From Candidatus Nealsonbacteria bacterium (GTDB taxonomy: Bacteria; Patescibacteriota; Minisyncoccia; Minisyncoccales; PWPS01), in the NCBI GenBank assembly GCA_003551425.1, contig PUMP01000059.1:1369-65368 (forward strand): a DNA stretch of 64,000 bases. The letters run 5' to 3'. The notes under the pieces were generated by a model. It saw only the letters and a list, made by a program, of their open reading frames with translations, was not told where the DNA came from and did not search any database. Shown piece after piece: positions 48,969 to 57,942 of the stretch. The stretch's first letter is position 1; each line of letters begins with the position of its first letter. Position numbers and translations under genes: made by a program.

Positions 48969-50675
48969 ATGGCGGAAGAAGAAGGAAAAAAAGAAAAACT
49001 TGTTGAAGCAAAAGAGAAAGAACTCGAAGATCTTCGGCAGTACATAGAAGAGTTTGTTTCTTTTTTGCCTCTTTCTTTTTGTATGGTCAACTCTCTTGAC
49101 TTTATTCTTGACGTAAATCAGAGCTTTGAGAACCTTACCGGTTACGAAAAACTGGATGTTATCGGAAATGATATTGAGTTTTTGTTTAAAGATAAGGAAG
49201 ACATTAAAGAATTTAAGAAAGAAGTGGCAAAAGAGGAAAGAGCGGTAGATAAAAGAACCTATCTTGTCACCAAAAAAGGGAAAAATGTTCCTGTGGAAAT
49301 ATCGGCTCTGGCAAGAAAGGATCGAAACGGCAATTTTTCCGGATATTTTTTAACCTTTACCGATATTACAAAAACCAAAGAGTTCGAGGATGAGCTGGAA
49401 AGGAAGATAAAAGAAAGAACAGCCGAACTGGAAAAGGCAAAAGAAAAGCTTGAAAGATCGGAAGCGGTGCTGGAGATTAAAATCAATGCCCGCACCAGAG
49501 AACTTAAAGAGTTGAACGAAAATTTGGAAAAAAAAGTAGAAGAGAGAACTAAAGAGTTGCAAGAAAGAGCAAAAGAACTTGAAAAATCTCAAACAGCCCT
49601 TTTAAATATCTTAGAAGAAAATGAAGAATCTTTGAAAAAAGTAGAAAGGGAGAAAGAAAAAACTTTGGCCGTAATTAGTAACTTTACGGACGGCCTTTTT
49701 CTTTTTAACGAAAAAAAGGAGCTTATCCTTGTCAATTCTGAAGCAGAAAGAATGTTTGATATAAAAGCTAAAGATGTTAAGGGTAAAAGCACAGAAGAGC
49801 TTGGCTCTTTGCCCGCACTAAAGCTGTTGATCGGAATGATTGGCAAGGACATAAAAGATCTTTTTCGAAAAGAGATGCAGGTTCGGGAAGACTTTTTCTT
49901 GGAGATCACAACTATCCCTATTATGCATAAGAAAAGGAATCTTGGCACGCTTGTAAACGTTCATGATGTTACAAGAGAAAAACAAATGGAACAAATCAAA
50001 ACGGAGTTTGTTTCTGTCGCAGCTCATCAGCTTAGAACACCTCTTTCCGGGATTAAATGGACATTAAAAACAATATTGGAAGAAATAGAGGAAGAAGTTT
50101 CGGAAGAACAAATTGAACTTCTTGAAAAAGCTTATGACGCTAATAATCGTATGGTGTCTCTGATAAACGACCTTTTAAATGTAACTCGTATTGAAGAAGG
50201 AAGATATATATATAATCCGCAAGAAGAGGATTTGGTAGAAATTGTAGAATCAATAATTGATGATTATAAGGAAAAAATTAAAAGCAAGGGATTAAACTTT
50301 CAAATAGAAAAACCGAAAGAAGAGCTTCCAAAAGTAAAAATTGACAGGGAGAAGATTGAAATGGTAGTACGTAATTTCTTGGATAACGGTATAAATTATA
50401 CAAAAGAAGGAGGAGTTATTCTTTCTATAAGTAAAGAGAAAAAAGGAGTTAAATTATCCGTAAGTGATACGGGAGTAGGAATACCGGAAGAACAAAAGAA
50501 AAGAGTTTTTACTAAATTTTTTCGTGCCGCTAACGTAATGCGTATGGAGACCGAAGGATCGGGAATAGGGCTTTTTATCTCCAAAAACATTATTGACGCA
50601 CACGGTGGAGAAATTGGATTTACTTCCGAGTTCGGGAAAGGAAGTACCTTTTATTTTATTCTTCCGACAGCTTAG
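48969..50675 (+). CDS. Cytoplasmic PAS-coiled-coil-PAS sensor histidine kinase
   Basis: No TM segment. PAS-like 'NQSFENLTGY', the H-box 'FVSVAAHQLRTPLSGI', the N-box 'NFLDNGINYT' and the G-boxes 'DTGVGIP' and 'GSGIGL'. Confidence 0.85.
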   Translation: MAEEEGKKEKLVEAKEKELEDLRQYIEEFVSFLPLSFCMVNSLDFILDVNQSFENLTGYEKLDVIGNDIEFLFKDKEDIKEFKKEVAKEERAVDKRTYLVTKKGKNVPVEISALARKDRNGNFSGYFLTFTDITKTKEFEDELERKIKERTAELEKAKEKLERSEAVLEIKINARTRELKELNENLEKKVEERTKELQERAKELEKSQTALLNILEENEESLKKVEREKEKTLAVISNFTDGLFLFNEKKELILVNSEAERMFDIKAKDVKGKSTEELGSLPALKLLIGMIGKDIKDLFRKEMQVREDFFLEITTIPIMHKKRNLGTLVNVHDVTREKQMEQIKTEFVSVAAHQLRTPLSGIKWTLKTILEEIEEEVSEEQIELLEKAYDANNRMVSLINDLLNVTRIEEGRYIYNPQEEDLVEIVESIIDDYKEKIKSKGLNFQIEKPKEELPKVKIDREKIEMVVRNFLDNGINYTKEGGVILSISKEKKGVKLSVSDTGVGIPEEQKKRVFTKFFRAANVMRMETEGSGIGLFISKNIIDAHGGEIGFTSEFGKGSTFYFILPTA

Positions 50676-50683
50676 AAATTTAT

Positions 50684-50711
50684 TTGACAATATTTTAAAT
50701 CATAATAGAAT
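50684..50711 (+). promoter_or_regulatory. Candidate promoter (TTGACA-16-TAGAAT) upstream of the receiver genes
   Basis: An exact -35 at 50684..50689 and a -10 at 50706..50711. Confidence 0.45.
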
Positions 50712-50735
50712 ATAAAAAAGACTAATTAAGGCTTT

Positions 50736-51113
50736 ATGAAAAAGATTTTAGTGGTTGAAGATGAAGAGATTCTTCGTAGTTTATTACAAAAAAGATTAAG
50801 TGAAGAAGGCTATGAGGTAGATGTTGCACGAGACGGATTGGAAGGAATGGAGAAGATAAGAGAAAAACGGCCTGACGTTATTCTTTTGGACATTATTATG
50901 CCGAATATGGATGGTTTTGAAATGATGGAAGAGATGAAGAAAGAAAGTATTTCCGATATTCCCATTATTGTGGTTTCTAATTCCGGTCAGCCGGTTGAAA
51001 TTGACAGAGCACAAAAGCTCGGTGCAAGAGATTGGCTGGTTAAAACAGAGTTTGATCCCCAGGAAGTAGTGGATAAAGTGGCGATTCAAGTCGGTGAGCA
51101 TCAAAATAAATAA
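50736..51113 (+). CDS. Single-domain response regulator (CheY-like receiver, 125 aa)
   Basis: 'KILVVEDEE', the phospho-acceptor 'PDVILLDIIMPNMDG', 'IVVSN' and 'DWLVK'. Confidence 0.85.
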   Translation: MKKILVVEDEEILRSLLQKRLSEEGYEVDVARDGLEGMEKIREKRPDVILLDIIMPNMDGFEMMEEMKKESISDIPIIVVSNSGQPVEIDRAQKLGARDWLVKTEFDPQEVVDKVAIQVGEHQNK

Positions 51114-51144
51114 TATTAGCAATTATAAAAATAATAAAAGAAAT

Positions 51145-51507
51145 ATGACTAAAATATTAGTTGTTGAAGATGATAAATTTCTTCGGGAAATGATTACTCG
51201 TAAACTGGACAGAGAAAACTATGAAGTAATTCAAGCAGTGGACGGAGAAGAAGGAGAAGAAAAAATAAAAGAAGAACGTCCTGACTTGGTTCTTCTTGAC
51301 CTTATTCTTCCCGGTATTGATGGATTTACCGTCTTGGAGAGAGCAAAGCAAGATCCGGAAGTAAAAGATATTCCTGTAATAATTCTTTCCAATCTAGGAC
51401 AAAAGAGTGAAGTAGAGAGAGGGTTGAAGCTTGGCGCTATTGATTTCTTGATTAAGGCGCATTTTACTCCCGGAGAGATTATAAAAAAAATTAAAGAAAC
51501 TCTTTAA
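51145..51507 (+). CDS. Single-domain response regulator (receiver only, 120 aa)
   Basis: Start moved to 'MTKILVVEDD'. Also 'PDLVLLDLILPGIDG', 'IILSN' and 'DFLIKA'. No output domain. Confidence 0.85.
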   Translation: MTKILVVEDDKFLREMITRKLDRENYEVIQAVDGEEGEEKIKEERPDLVLLDLILPGIDGFTVLERAKQDPEVKDIPVIILSNLGQKSEVERGLKLGAIDFLIKAHFTPGEIIKKIKETL

Positions 51508-51524
51508 TCGATATGTAGCTTATT

Positions 51525-52349
51525 ATGCCGGAGCTTCCCGAGGTAGAAACAACAGTTTTGTCGCTTAAGTCAAAGGTCCTCAAAAGGACCTTTGTTCGTG
51601 TATGGGGAGATGATAATTTGAAGCAACTAAAAGGTAAATGTATCGAAAAAATAAAAAGAAGAGGAAAATATATTATTTTTGAGCTAAGCGAAGACAAGGC
51701 ATTGCTTGTTCATCTGCGAATGACAGGACATTTTCTTCTTGGAGAATGGGAATACAAAAGAAGTGAATGGGAAAGCAAGGATAAAATCATGCAAGAGAAA
51801 AAGAATAGATTCTTGCGCTTTATCTTTTTTCTTGACGACGGCAAGCAGCTTGCGCTTTCCGATCCGCGTAAATTCGCAAAGCTTTCTTTGCTTGGCAAAA
51901 AAGAAATAGAAAAGCACTTGGAAAGCTTGGGGCCGGAGTTATTATCAATTAAAGAAAATGATTTTTTACGTATTTTGGAGAAAAAAAGAGGAAGAATAAA
52001 GCCGGTTCTCATGGACCAGAATTTTCTTGCCGGTCTCGGCAATATTTATGCTGCCGAGATTCTTTTTAAGGCAAAAATTGCTCCATGGAGAGATGTCACT
52101 TTTTTAACAGAAGCGGACAAAAAAAGAATCTATTGTTTTATGCAGAAAATAATAAAAAAAGCATTAGAGCTTAAAGGAGACAGCACAAGCGACTATCGAC
52201 TTATTACCGGAGAAAGAGGAGGGTATCAAAATGAGCACTTGGTGTATAATAGAAAGGATTTGCCGTGCTTTATTTGCAAAGATAAAATAAAAAGAATTGA
52301 AGTAGGGGGAAGAGGAACTTATTATTGTCCTACTTGCCAAAAGTTATGA
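51525..52349 (+). CDS. mutM: Formamidopyrimidine-DNA glycosylase (Fpg/MutM)
   Basis: The catalytic N-terminus 'MPELPEVET', the H2TH motif 'GLGNIYAAEILF' and the C-terminal zinc finger 'C..C...I......GRGTYYCPTCQ'. Confidence 0.9.
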   Translation: MPELPEVETTVLSLKSKVLKRTFVRVWGDDNLKQLKGKCIEKIKRRGKYIIFELSEDKALLVHLRMTGHFLLGEWEYKRSEWESKDKIMQEKKNRFLRFIFFLDDGKQLALSDPRKFAKLSLLGKKEIEKHLESLGPELLSIKENDFLRILEKKRGRIKPVLMDQNFLAGLGNIYAAEILFKAKIAPWRDVTFLTEADKKRIYCFMQKIIKKALELKGDSTSDYRLITGERGGYQNEHLVYNRKDLPCFICKDKIKRIEVGGRGTYYCPTCQKL

Positions 52350-53278
52350 TTATTATTCTTCACGGAAAAGACACTTACCGCTCTAAAGAAAAGTTGGAGG
52401 AGATTATTCAGGGGTATAAAAAAAATCACGGGAGTGGATTAAATCTCAAGCTTTTAAGCGAGAAAAGCTCACTTGAAGATGTCTGTAGCGAAGAAAGACA
52501 GGTCTCCATGTTCCAGGAAAAGCGACTCCTTGTCATAAAGAACGCGTTTTCTTCCTCTTCTTTGAAAAAAGATATTATAAAAAGTCCGGAGAAAATTACA
52601 TTATCGGAAAATATTATTATTTTTTATGAAGAAAATGAGATTAAAGAGAATGATGATCTTTTTTTACTTTTAACAAAAGAGAAGGAAACCAAGCATCAGA
52701 AATTTATGCCCTTTTCTAAAGGAAATCTTTCTTCATGGATTGAGAGAGAGTTTAATAAAAGAGGAACAAGGACTGAAAAAGATGTTATTTATTACTTGAT
52801 GCGTTTTGGAGGAGAAGATTTGTATAGAATAAAAAATGAGATAGAAAAACTTTCTCTTTATTCTAGTGCCGTAGAAATGAACGACGCAAAGCTTCTCGTC
52901 AAGCCCGAAATAGAGCCTAATATTTTTAAAATGATAGATGCTCTCGCTTTCGGAGAGAAAGAAGAGGCTGTTATATTTTTATATGATCACCTGGAGAAAG
53001 GAGACAACCCCTTATATCTTTTTTCCATGATTGGATATCAGTTTCGAAACTTACTCATTGTAAAAAGTCTTATAGAGAAGGGAATTTCTTACAAAGAGGC
53101 AAAAAAGAGAGCCAAGCTTCGTGATTTTGTTTTTGCTAAAAGTTATAAACAAGCGGAGAGATTCTCTTATGACGAATTAAAAAAGAAGTATGACTGGCTT
53201 TTTGAGATAGATTTGAAAGTAAAAACGGGACAAATTGATCCCGTTCCTGCTCTTTATCTTTTTATTTTCCACTCTTAA
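52346..53278 (+). CDS. holA: DNA polymerase III delta subunit
   Basis: Start at 'MIIILHGKDTY' (ATGA overlap with mutM). Length of about 310 aa, and 'L.NEIEKL' together with the 'PNIFKMIDALAFGEKEEA' pattern, fit HolA. Confidence 0.7.
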   Translation: MIIILHGKDTYRSKEKLEEIIQGYKKNHGSGLNLKLLSEKSSLEDVCSEERQVSMFQEKRLLVIKNAFSSSSLKKDIIKSPEKITLSENIIIFYEENEIKENDDLFLLLTKEKETKHQKFMPFSKGNLSSWIEREFNKRGTRTEKDVIYYLMRFGGEDLYRIKNEIEKLSLYSSAVEMNDAKLLVKPEIEPNIFKMIDALAFGEKEEAVIFLYDHLEKGDNPLYLFSMIGYQFRNLLIVKSLIEKGISYKEAKKRAKLRDFVFAKSYKQAERFSYDELKKKYDWLFEIDLKVKTGQIDPVPALYLFIFHS

Positions 53279-53529
53279 GAGAGTGCCTTGGTTAGGCGTG
53301 ACTTTTTTCTGGAAGCGGTGTTCTTCTTTATTATTCCGGCTTTTGCAGCTTTATCTATTTTTTTATAAGCTTCCGGAAGGAGTTTTTTTGCGTCGCTTTT
53401 CTTTTTATCTTTGAGAAGTTCTCTGATTTGCTTTACTATCAGCTTCATTTGTCTTTTGTATCTCAAGTTAAGCGATCTCCTTTTTTCGCTTTGCTTTAAT
53501 CTTTTTTTTGCTGATTTAATTATTGGCAT
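53275..53529 (-). CDS. rpsT: 30S ribosomal protein S20
   Basis: 'MPIIKSAKKRLKQSEKRR..N...K' and an all-helical basic 84-aa protein. Confidence 0.88.
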   Translation of the reverse strand: MPIIKSAKKRLKQSEKRRSLNLRYKRQMKLIVKQIRELLKDKKKSDAKKLLPEAYKKIDKAAKAGIIKKNTASRKKSRLTKALS

Positions 53530-53606
53530 CGTCTTTCATATATCATTTTTTCTTGTTTTAGTCAAATTTCTTTATTAATTTCCGTTATTTTTATATAATA
53601 TAAACT

Positions 53607-54140
53607 ATGATTTATTACTTAAAAGGAGAAATAGTTATAACCGAAAAAGATTTTGTTGTTGTCGATGTAAACGGAGTTGGCTACAAGGTGTTTGTTGCTT
53701 CCAGTGCTGTGCTTTCCAAGAAAGTTATTCTTTACTGTTATATGCAAGTAACGGATAAAGGGTTTCGTCTTTACGGCTTTGAGAATAAAGAAAACTTGGA
53801 TTTTTTCGAGAAGCTGATGAACATATCGGGAATCGGACCCAAGACAGCCCTTCGGATCGCTTCTATAGCGCCAATGGAAGAGATGAAGGAGGCCATAAAG
53901 AGAGAAGATGAAGAAATAATGAAAGAGATCTTCAGTATCGGAGAGAAAAAGGGACAGCAGATAGTTTTTGAACTATCACGTAAATTTATAAAAGAACCGG
54001 AAAAAGACGAAGTATTTGAAACATTACAAGAGCTTGGATTTTCACAAGCAAGAATAAAAGAAGTATTAAAAAAGGTTTCTTGTGATAACAGTAAAGAAGA
54101 AAGAGTTAAGGAAGCCTTAAAAATACTGGGAAATGCTTAA
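53607..54140 (+). CDS. ruvA: Holliday junction DNA-binding protein RuvA (short, 177 aa)
   Basis: 'MIYYLKGEIV......VVVDVNGVGYKVFV' and the HhH motif 'F..L..ISGIGPKTALRI'. It lies ~46 kb from ruvB/ruvC. Confidence 0.8.
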   Translation: MIYYLKGEIVITEKDFVVVDVNGVGYKVFVASSAVLSKKVILYCYMQVTDKGFRLYGFENKENLDFFEKLMNISGIGPKTALRIASIAPMEEMKEAIKREDEEIMKEIFSIGEKKGQQIVFELSRKFIKEPEKDEVFETLQELGFSQARIKEVLKKVSCDNSKEERVKEALKILGNA

Positions 54141-55395
54141 AAGAATATTACAAAAAATCAGACCTCTTGTTAGTGCTTATCACTTTCTTTTTTCTTTTTT
54201 GGGAGCGGCTTATTACCGTTTTCCCTCTTCCAAAATAAAAGTTTTTGCCGTGACGGGAACCAACGGAAAAACTACTACCGTAGACCTTGCGTCTCGTATA
54301 TTCAAAGAGGCCGGATATAAGGTGGCCGCTTTTTCTTCGGTAAAATTTGAAATTGCGGGTGAAGAGAAAAAAAATCTTTTCAAAATGACAATGCCGGGAA
54401 GAGCGGTTATCCAATCGCTTCTCAGGAAAGCGGTCAGTAAAGGCTGTGAAGTGGCGATAATGGAAGTTACATCGGAGGGGATTAAGCAACATCGCCACCG
54501 TTTTATAAATTTTGCCGCTGTTTGCTTTACTAATCTTTCTCCGGAACATATTGAGTCGCATGGAGGGTTTGAAAACTATAAGAGAGAGAAGGGTAAACTT
54601 TTTAAAGCGGCAAAGACCACTCATATTATAAATACTGACGACGAGCACTCAGGTTATTTTCTCGGTTTTAAGAGTAAGGAGAAAATTTGTTATGGAGCAA
54701 GGGGCGTATCACCGAGAGAAGACTGCAGAGCGCTTCGTGCCACCGATATAAAATCCTCCTATGACGGTATAAATTTTGTGGTAGAAAGCACGAGCTTTAA
54801 CCTTAAATTAAAAGGTTCTTTTAACGTTTATAATGCTCTTGCCGCTACTTCTTTTGCTTCGCTTGAAGGAATAAAGCTGGAAGTAGCGGCAAGAGCTCTT
54901 TCTAATGCAAAAGTAATTCCGGGAAGGATGGAAGAAATCATTTCTTCTCCCTTTAAAGTGATTGTGGATTATGCAGTTACTCCTGTTACATTGGAAGCTG
55001 TTTATAAAGAGATTAGCGACCATTTTGACCACGAGAGAATAATCGCTGTTTTAGGATCGTGCGGTGGCGGGAGAGACAAGTGGAAAAGGCCTGTACTAGG
55101 AGAGATTGCCGCGGAATATTGTGACCGAATTATTGTTACCAATGAAGATCCTTACGACGAAGATCCCGAAGAAATAATTGAAGAGGTTATTTCCGGTACA
55201 AAAGGAAAAGGGGAAAAAATAATAGACAGAAGGAAAGCAATAGGAGAAGCAATTAAGGGGGCGAGAGAAAGAGATGTAATAATTGTTACCGGAAAAGGGA
55301 ACGAACCTTGGCTTTGCCTTGAGGGAGGGAAGAAGATACCGTGGAGTGAGAAAGAGGTAATAGAGGAAGAGTTCAATAAAAATGCTAATAAGTGA
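54133..55395 (+). CDS. Mur ligase family protein (MurE-like, lacking the usual N-terminal domain)
   Basis: P-loop 'VTGTNGKTTT', 'NLSPEHIESHG', 'DYAVTP', and 'TNEDPYDEDP' in the position of the MurE DNPR motif. Confidence 0.65.
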   Translation: MLKRILQKIRPLVSAYHFLFSFLGAAYYRFPSSKIKVFAVTGTNGKTTTVDLASRIFKEAGYKVAAFSSVKFEIAGEEKKNLFKMTMPGRAVIQSLLRKAVSKGCEVAIMEVTSEGIKQHRHRFINFAAVCFTNLSPEHIESHGGFENYKREKGKLFKAAKTTHIINTDDEHSGYFLGFKSKEKICYGARGVSPREDCRALRATDIKSSYDGINFVVESTSFNLKLKGSFNVYNALAATSFASLEGIKLEVAARALSNAKVIPGRMEEIISSPFKVIVDYAVTPVTLEAVYKEISDHFDHERIIAVLGSCGGGRDKWKRPVLGEIAAEYCDRIIVTNEDPYDEDPEEIIEEVISGTKGKGEKIIDRRKAIGEAIKGARERDVIIVTGKGNEPWLCLEGGKKIPWSEKEVIEEEFNKNANK

Positions 55396-56806
55396 TTTTA
55401 AAAAAGTAGATGATTATCTTTGGGAAATTCCCAAAGATCGCCGCAGGGATATGCTTGTTCCCGCAAGAGTGTATGCAACAGAAGAAATATTGGAAGCGAG
55501 CTTGCAGGACAGATCGTTGCAGCAGCTGGTGAATCTTACTACACTCCCCGGAATAGAAAGATATGCGATTGCAATGCCTGACATTCACGAAGGTTATGGC
55601 TCTCCTATCGGGGGTGTAGTTGCTACCGACGCAAACAAGGGGGTAATATCTCCCGGGGTTGGTGGTTATGACATAAACTGTGGAATGCGGCTTTTTGCAT
55701 CAAGTGTCTCTGAAAACGAGGCAGCACCGCATTTAGAAGAATTGGCTGGCAAATTGCAAAGAGAGATTCCTTCCGGATTGGGAAAGGGAAGAAAATTAAA
55801 ATTTAACTCTTTTCAAATGAACTTATTACTTGAAAAGGGAGTGGATTACTTGATAGAGGAAGGATATGGCACAAAAGAAGAAGCGGAGCTTTGTGAAGAA
55901 AAAGGAAGAGTAGAAGATGCAAATCCTTCTGCTATTTCGGAAAAAGCAAAAAAGAGAGGAGCAGATCAAGTGGGAACTTTGGGCTCCGGAAATCATTTTT
56001 TGGAGATACAAAAAGTAGAGGAAGTCTTTGCAAAAGAAGAGGCAGAAACGATGGGTGTCTTCAAAGGGCAAATAATGATTATGGTTCATTCCGGATCACG
56101 AGGGCTTGGGCATCAAGTCGCCAGTGAAAATATTGACGCAATGGGGCGTAAAATGAGAGATTACGGCATTACTGTTCCCGACAAGGAGCTTGTTTGTGCT
56201 CCTTTTCTTTCTAAAGAAGGAAAAGAGTACAAGGAGGCCCTTTCCGGCGCCATGAACTATGCTTTTGCCAACAGGCATATGATTGGTCACTTTATTCACA
56301 GAGCGTGGGAAAAAGTTTTTGAAAAAGAGGCCCTTAATATGATTTATGATGTTGCGCATAATACGGTAAAACTGGAAAATCACTACGGAAAGAAGCTTCT
56401 TGTGCACCGAAAAGGAGCAACCGAAGCTCTCCCACCGGGAGATGAAAATATTCCGGAGAAGTATAAAAAGACAGGACAGCCGGTAATTATTCCCGGCTCT
56501 ATGGGAACAGCTTCTTATCTCTTGTGCGGAGCGGAAAAGGCAAGAGAAACATTTTATTCCGTCTCCCATGGAGCAGGAAGAAAAATGTCCAGAAAAGAGG
56601 CGGTTCGAAGAGTGGGAGAAGAGGATATAGTAAAGGAACTGAAAAAGAAAGGAATTATCATAAAGTCGTTCTCGAAAAAAGGAATTGCCGAAGAGGTGCC
56701 TTTTGCGTATAAGGATATAAATAAGGTGGTAAATGTGATTTGCGGTGCCGGTTTAGCCAAGAAAGTAGCAAAAATTGTCCCTCTCTTTGTGATAAAGGGG
56801 GAGTAA
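55382..56806 (+). CDS. rtcB: RNA-splicing ligase RtcB
   Basis: 'MPDIHEGYGSPIGGV', 'GYDINCGMR', 'GSGNHFLE', 'HSGSRGLG' and 'SVSHGAGR'. Confidence 0.92.
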   Translation: MLISDFKKVDDYLWEIPKDRRRDMLVPARVYATEEILEASLQDRSLQQLVNLTTLPGIERYAIAMPDIHEGYGSPIGGVVATDANKGVISPGVGGYDINCGMRLFASSVSENEAAPHLEELAGKLQREIPSGLGKGRKLKFNSFQMNLLLEKGVDYLIEEGYGTKEEAELCEEKGRVEDANPSAISEKAKKRGADQVGTLGSGNHFLEIQKVEEVFAKEEAETMGVFKGQIMIMVHSGSRGLGHQVASENIDAMGRKMRDYGITVPDKELVCAPFLSKEGKEYKEALSGAMNYAFANRHMIGHFIHRAWEKVFEKEALNMIYDVAHNTVKLENHYGKKLLVHRKGATEALPPGDENIPEKYKKTGQPVIIPGSMGTASYLLCGAEKARETFYSVSHGAGRKMSRKEAVRRVGEEDIVKELKKKGIIIKSFSKKGIAEEVPFAYKDINKVVNVICGAGLAKKVAKIVPLFVIKGE

Positions 56807-56811
56807 TTATT

Positions 56812-56840
56812 TTGACAAGGACGGTATAAAGAATTAGAAT
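56812..56840 (+). promoter_or_regulatory. Candidate promoter (TTGACA-17-TAGAAT)
   Basis: Exact hexamers at 56812..56817 and 56835..56840, upstream of a small basic ORF and the Nif3-like gene. Confidence 0.45.
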
Positions 56841-56872
56841 AAGGGGCGTATTTATTAATGATTTTGAGGCCT

Positions 56873-56998
56873 ATGAAAAAGAAAAGAATCCCTAGAAGCA
56901 TCCGGAAACACATTAGAAAAGAGAAAGCTCGTATCAGAAAGGATGCCGTAAACAAGGAAGAAAAAATAAAAGAACTTTTAAATAAGTTTAATTTATGA
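56873..56998 (+). CDS. Small basic hypothetical protein (41 aa; below the ORF-track cutoff)
   Basis: Hand translation gives MKKKRIPRSIRKHIRKEKARIRKDAVNKEEKIKELLNKFNL*. The stop overlaps the next ATG (ATGA). There is no strong RBS. Confidence 0.3.
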   Translation: MKKKRIPRSIRKHIRKEKARIRKDAVNKEEKIKELLNKFNL

Positions 56999-57942
56999 AA
57001 ATAAAAGAAATATATAATTTAGCCGTAAAAGAAGGAATAGAAGCCGACTTTAGAGGGAAAGAAAAAATCTCTTGGCTTCTCGACAGAAAGAGGAAGAAGT
57101 TTGAAAAGATGAGTGAAGAACAGAAGGAAGAGTTTGACCAAGAAAAACTAAATAATCCTTTTACCGATACCCGTATTCTTGCTGGAGATGAAGAAAAAGA
57201 AGTCAAGAAGATCATGGTAGGTATTGATATTGACGGGGAAGAACTTCTCCTGGCTAAAGAATTGGGAGATATAGATTTGGTCATTTCCCATCATCCACGA
57301 GGGAAAGCTCTTGCCGGACTGGATGATGTAATGGAGCTCCAAGCAGATCTTCTTCATGATTACGGAGTTCCTATTAACATAGCGGAAAAGCTTTCAAAGA
57401 AGCGAATTCAAGAAGTTTCTCGCGGGCTTGCTCCCGGAAATCATAACAGGGTAGTAGATACGGCAAACCTTTTGGGAATTCCTTTGATGTGTATACATAC
57501 GCCCGCTGATAATCTTGTAGCAAAATTTGTAGAAGAAGAGATTAAAAAGAATAACCCTTTTTTGGTGGAAGATGTAATGAAAGCACTCAAAGGAATAGAA
57601 GAATATCGCAGGGCGATTGCCATAGGAATTGGTCCTAGGCTTTTTGCCGGCAAGGAAGAAGACAGAGTAGGGAAAATAGCGCTTACGGAGATTACGGGAG
57701 GCACGGAAGGGTCTTCTCACATCTATGAGCACCTTGCAAGGCAAGGAATAGGGACCGTTGTTGGAATGCATATTTCGGAAAAGAGTCGCGAGGAGGCTGA
57801 GAAGGCGCATATTAACGTAGTTATTGCGGGCCATATTTCTTCCGATTCTATCGGAATGAATCTTTTTCTTGATTTACTTGAAAAAGAAGGATTAAACATA
57901 GTCCCTTCTTCGGGGCTTATAAGGGTCTCAAGGCAAAAGTAA
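56995..57942 (+). CDS. Nif3-like (YbgI/DUF34) dinuclear-metal-centre family protein
   Basis: 'DLVISHHP', 'IHTPADN' and 'AGHISSDSIGMN' loosely match the Nif3 metal-binding His/Asp pattern. The assignment is tentative. Confidence 0.45.
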   Translation: MKIKEIYNLAVKEGIEADFRGKEKISWLLDRKRKKFEKMSEEQKEEFDQEKLNNPFTDTRILAGDEEKEVKKIMVGIDIDGEELLLAKELGDIDLVISHHPRGKALAGLDDVMELQADLLHDYGVPINIAEKLSKKRIQEVSRGLAPGNHNRVVDTANLLGIPLMCIHTPADNLVAKFVEEEIKKNNPFLVEDVMKALKGIEEYRRAIAIGIGPRLFAGKEEDRVGKIALTEITGGTEGSSHIYEHLARQGIGTVVGMHISEKSREEAEKAHINVVIAGHISSDSIGMNLFLDLLEKEGLNIVPSSGLIRVSRQK

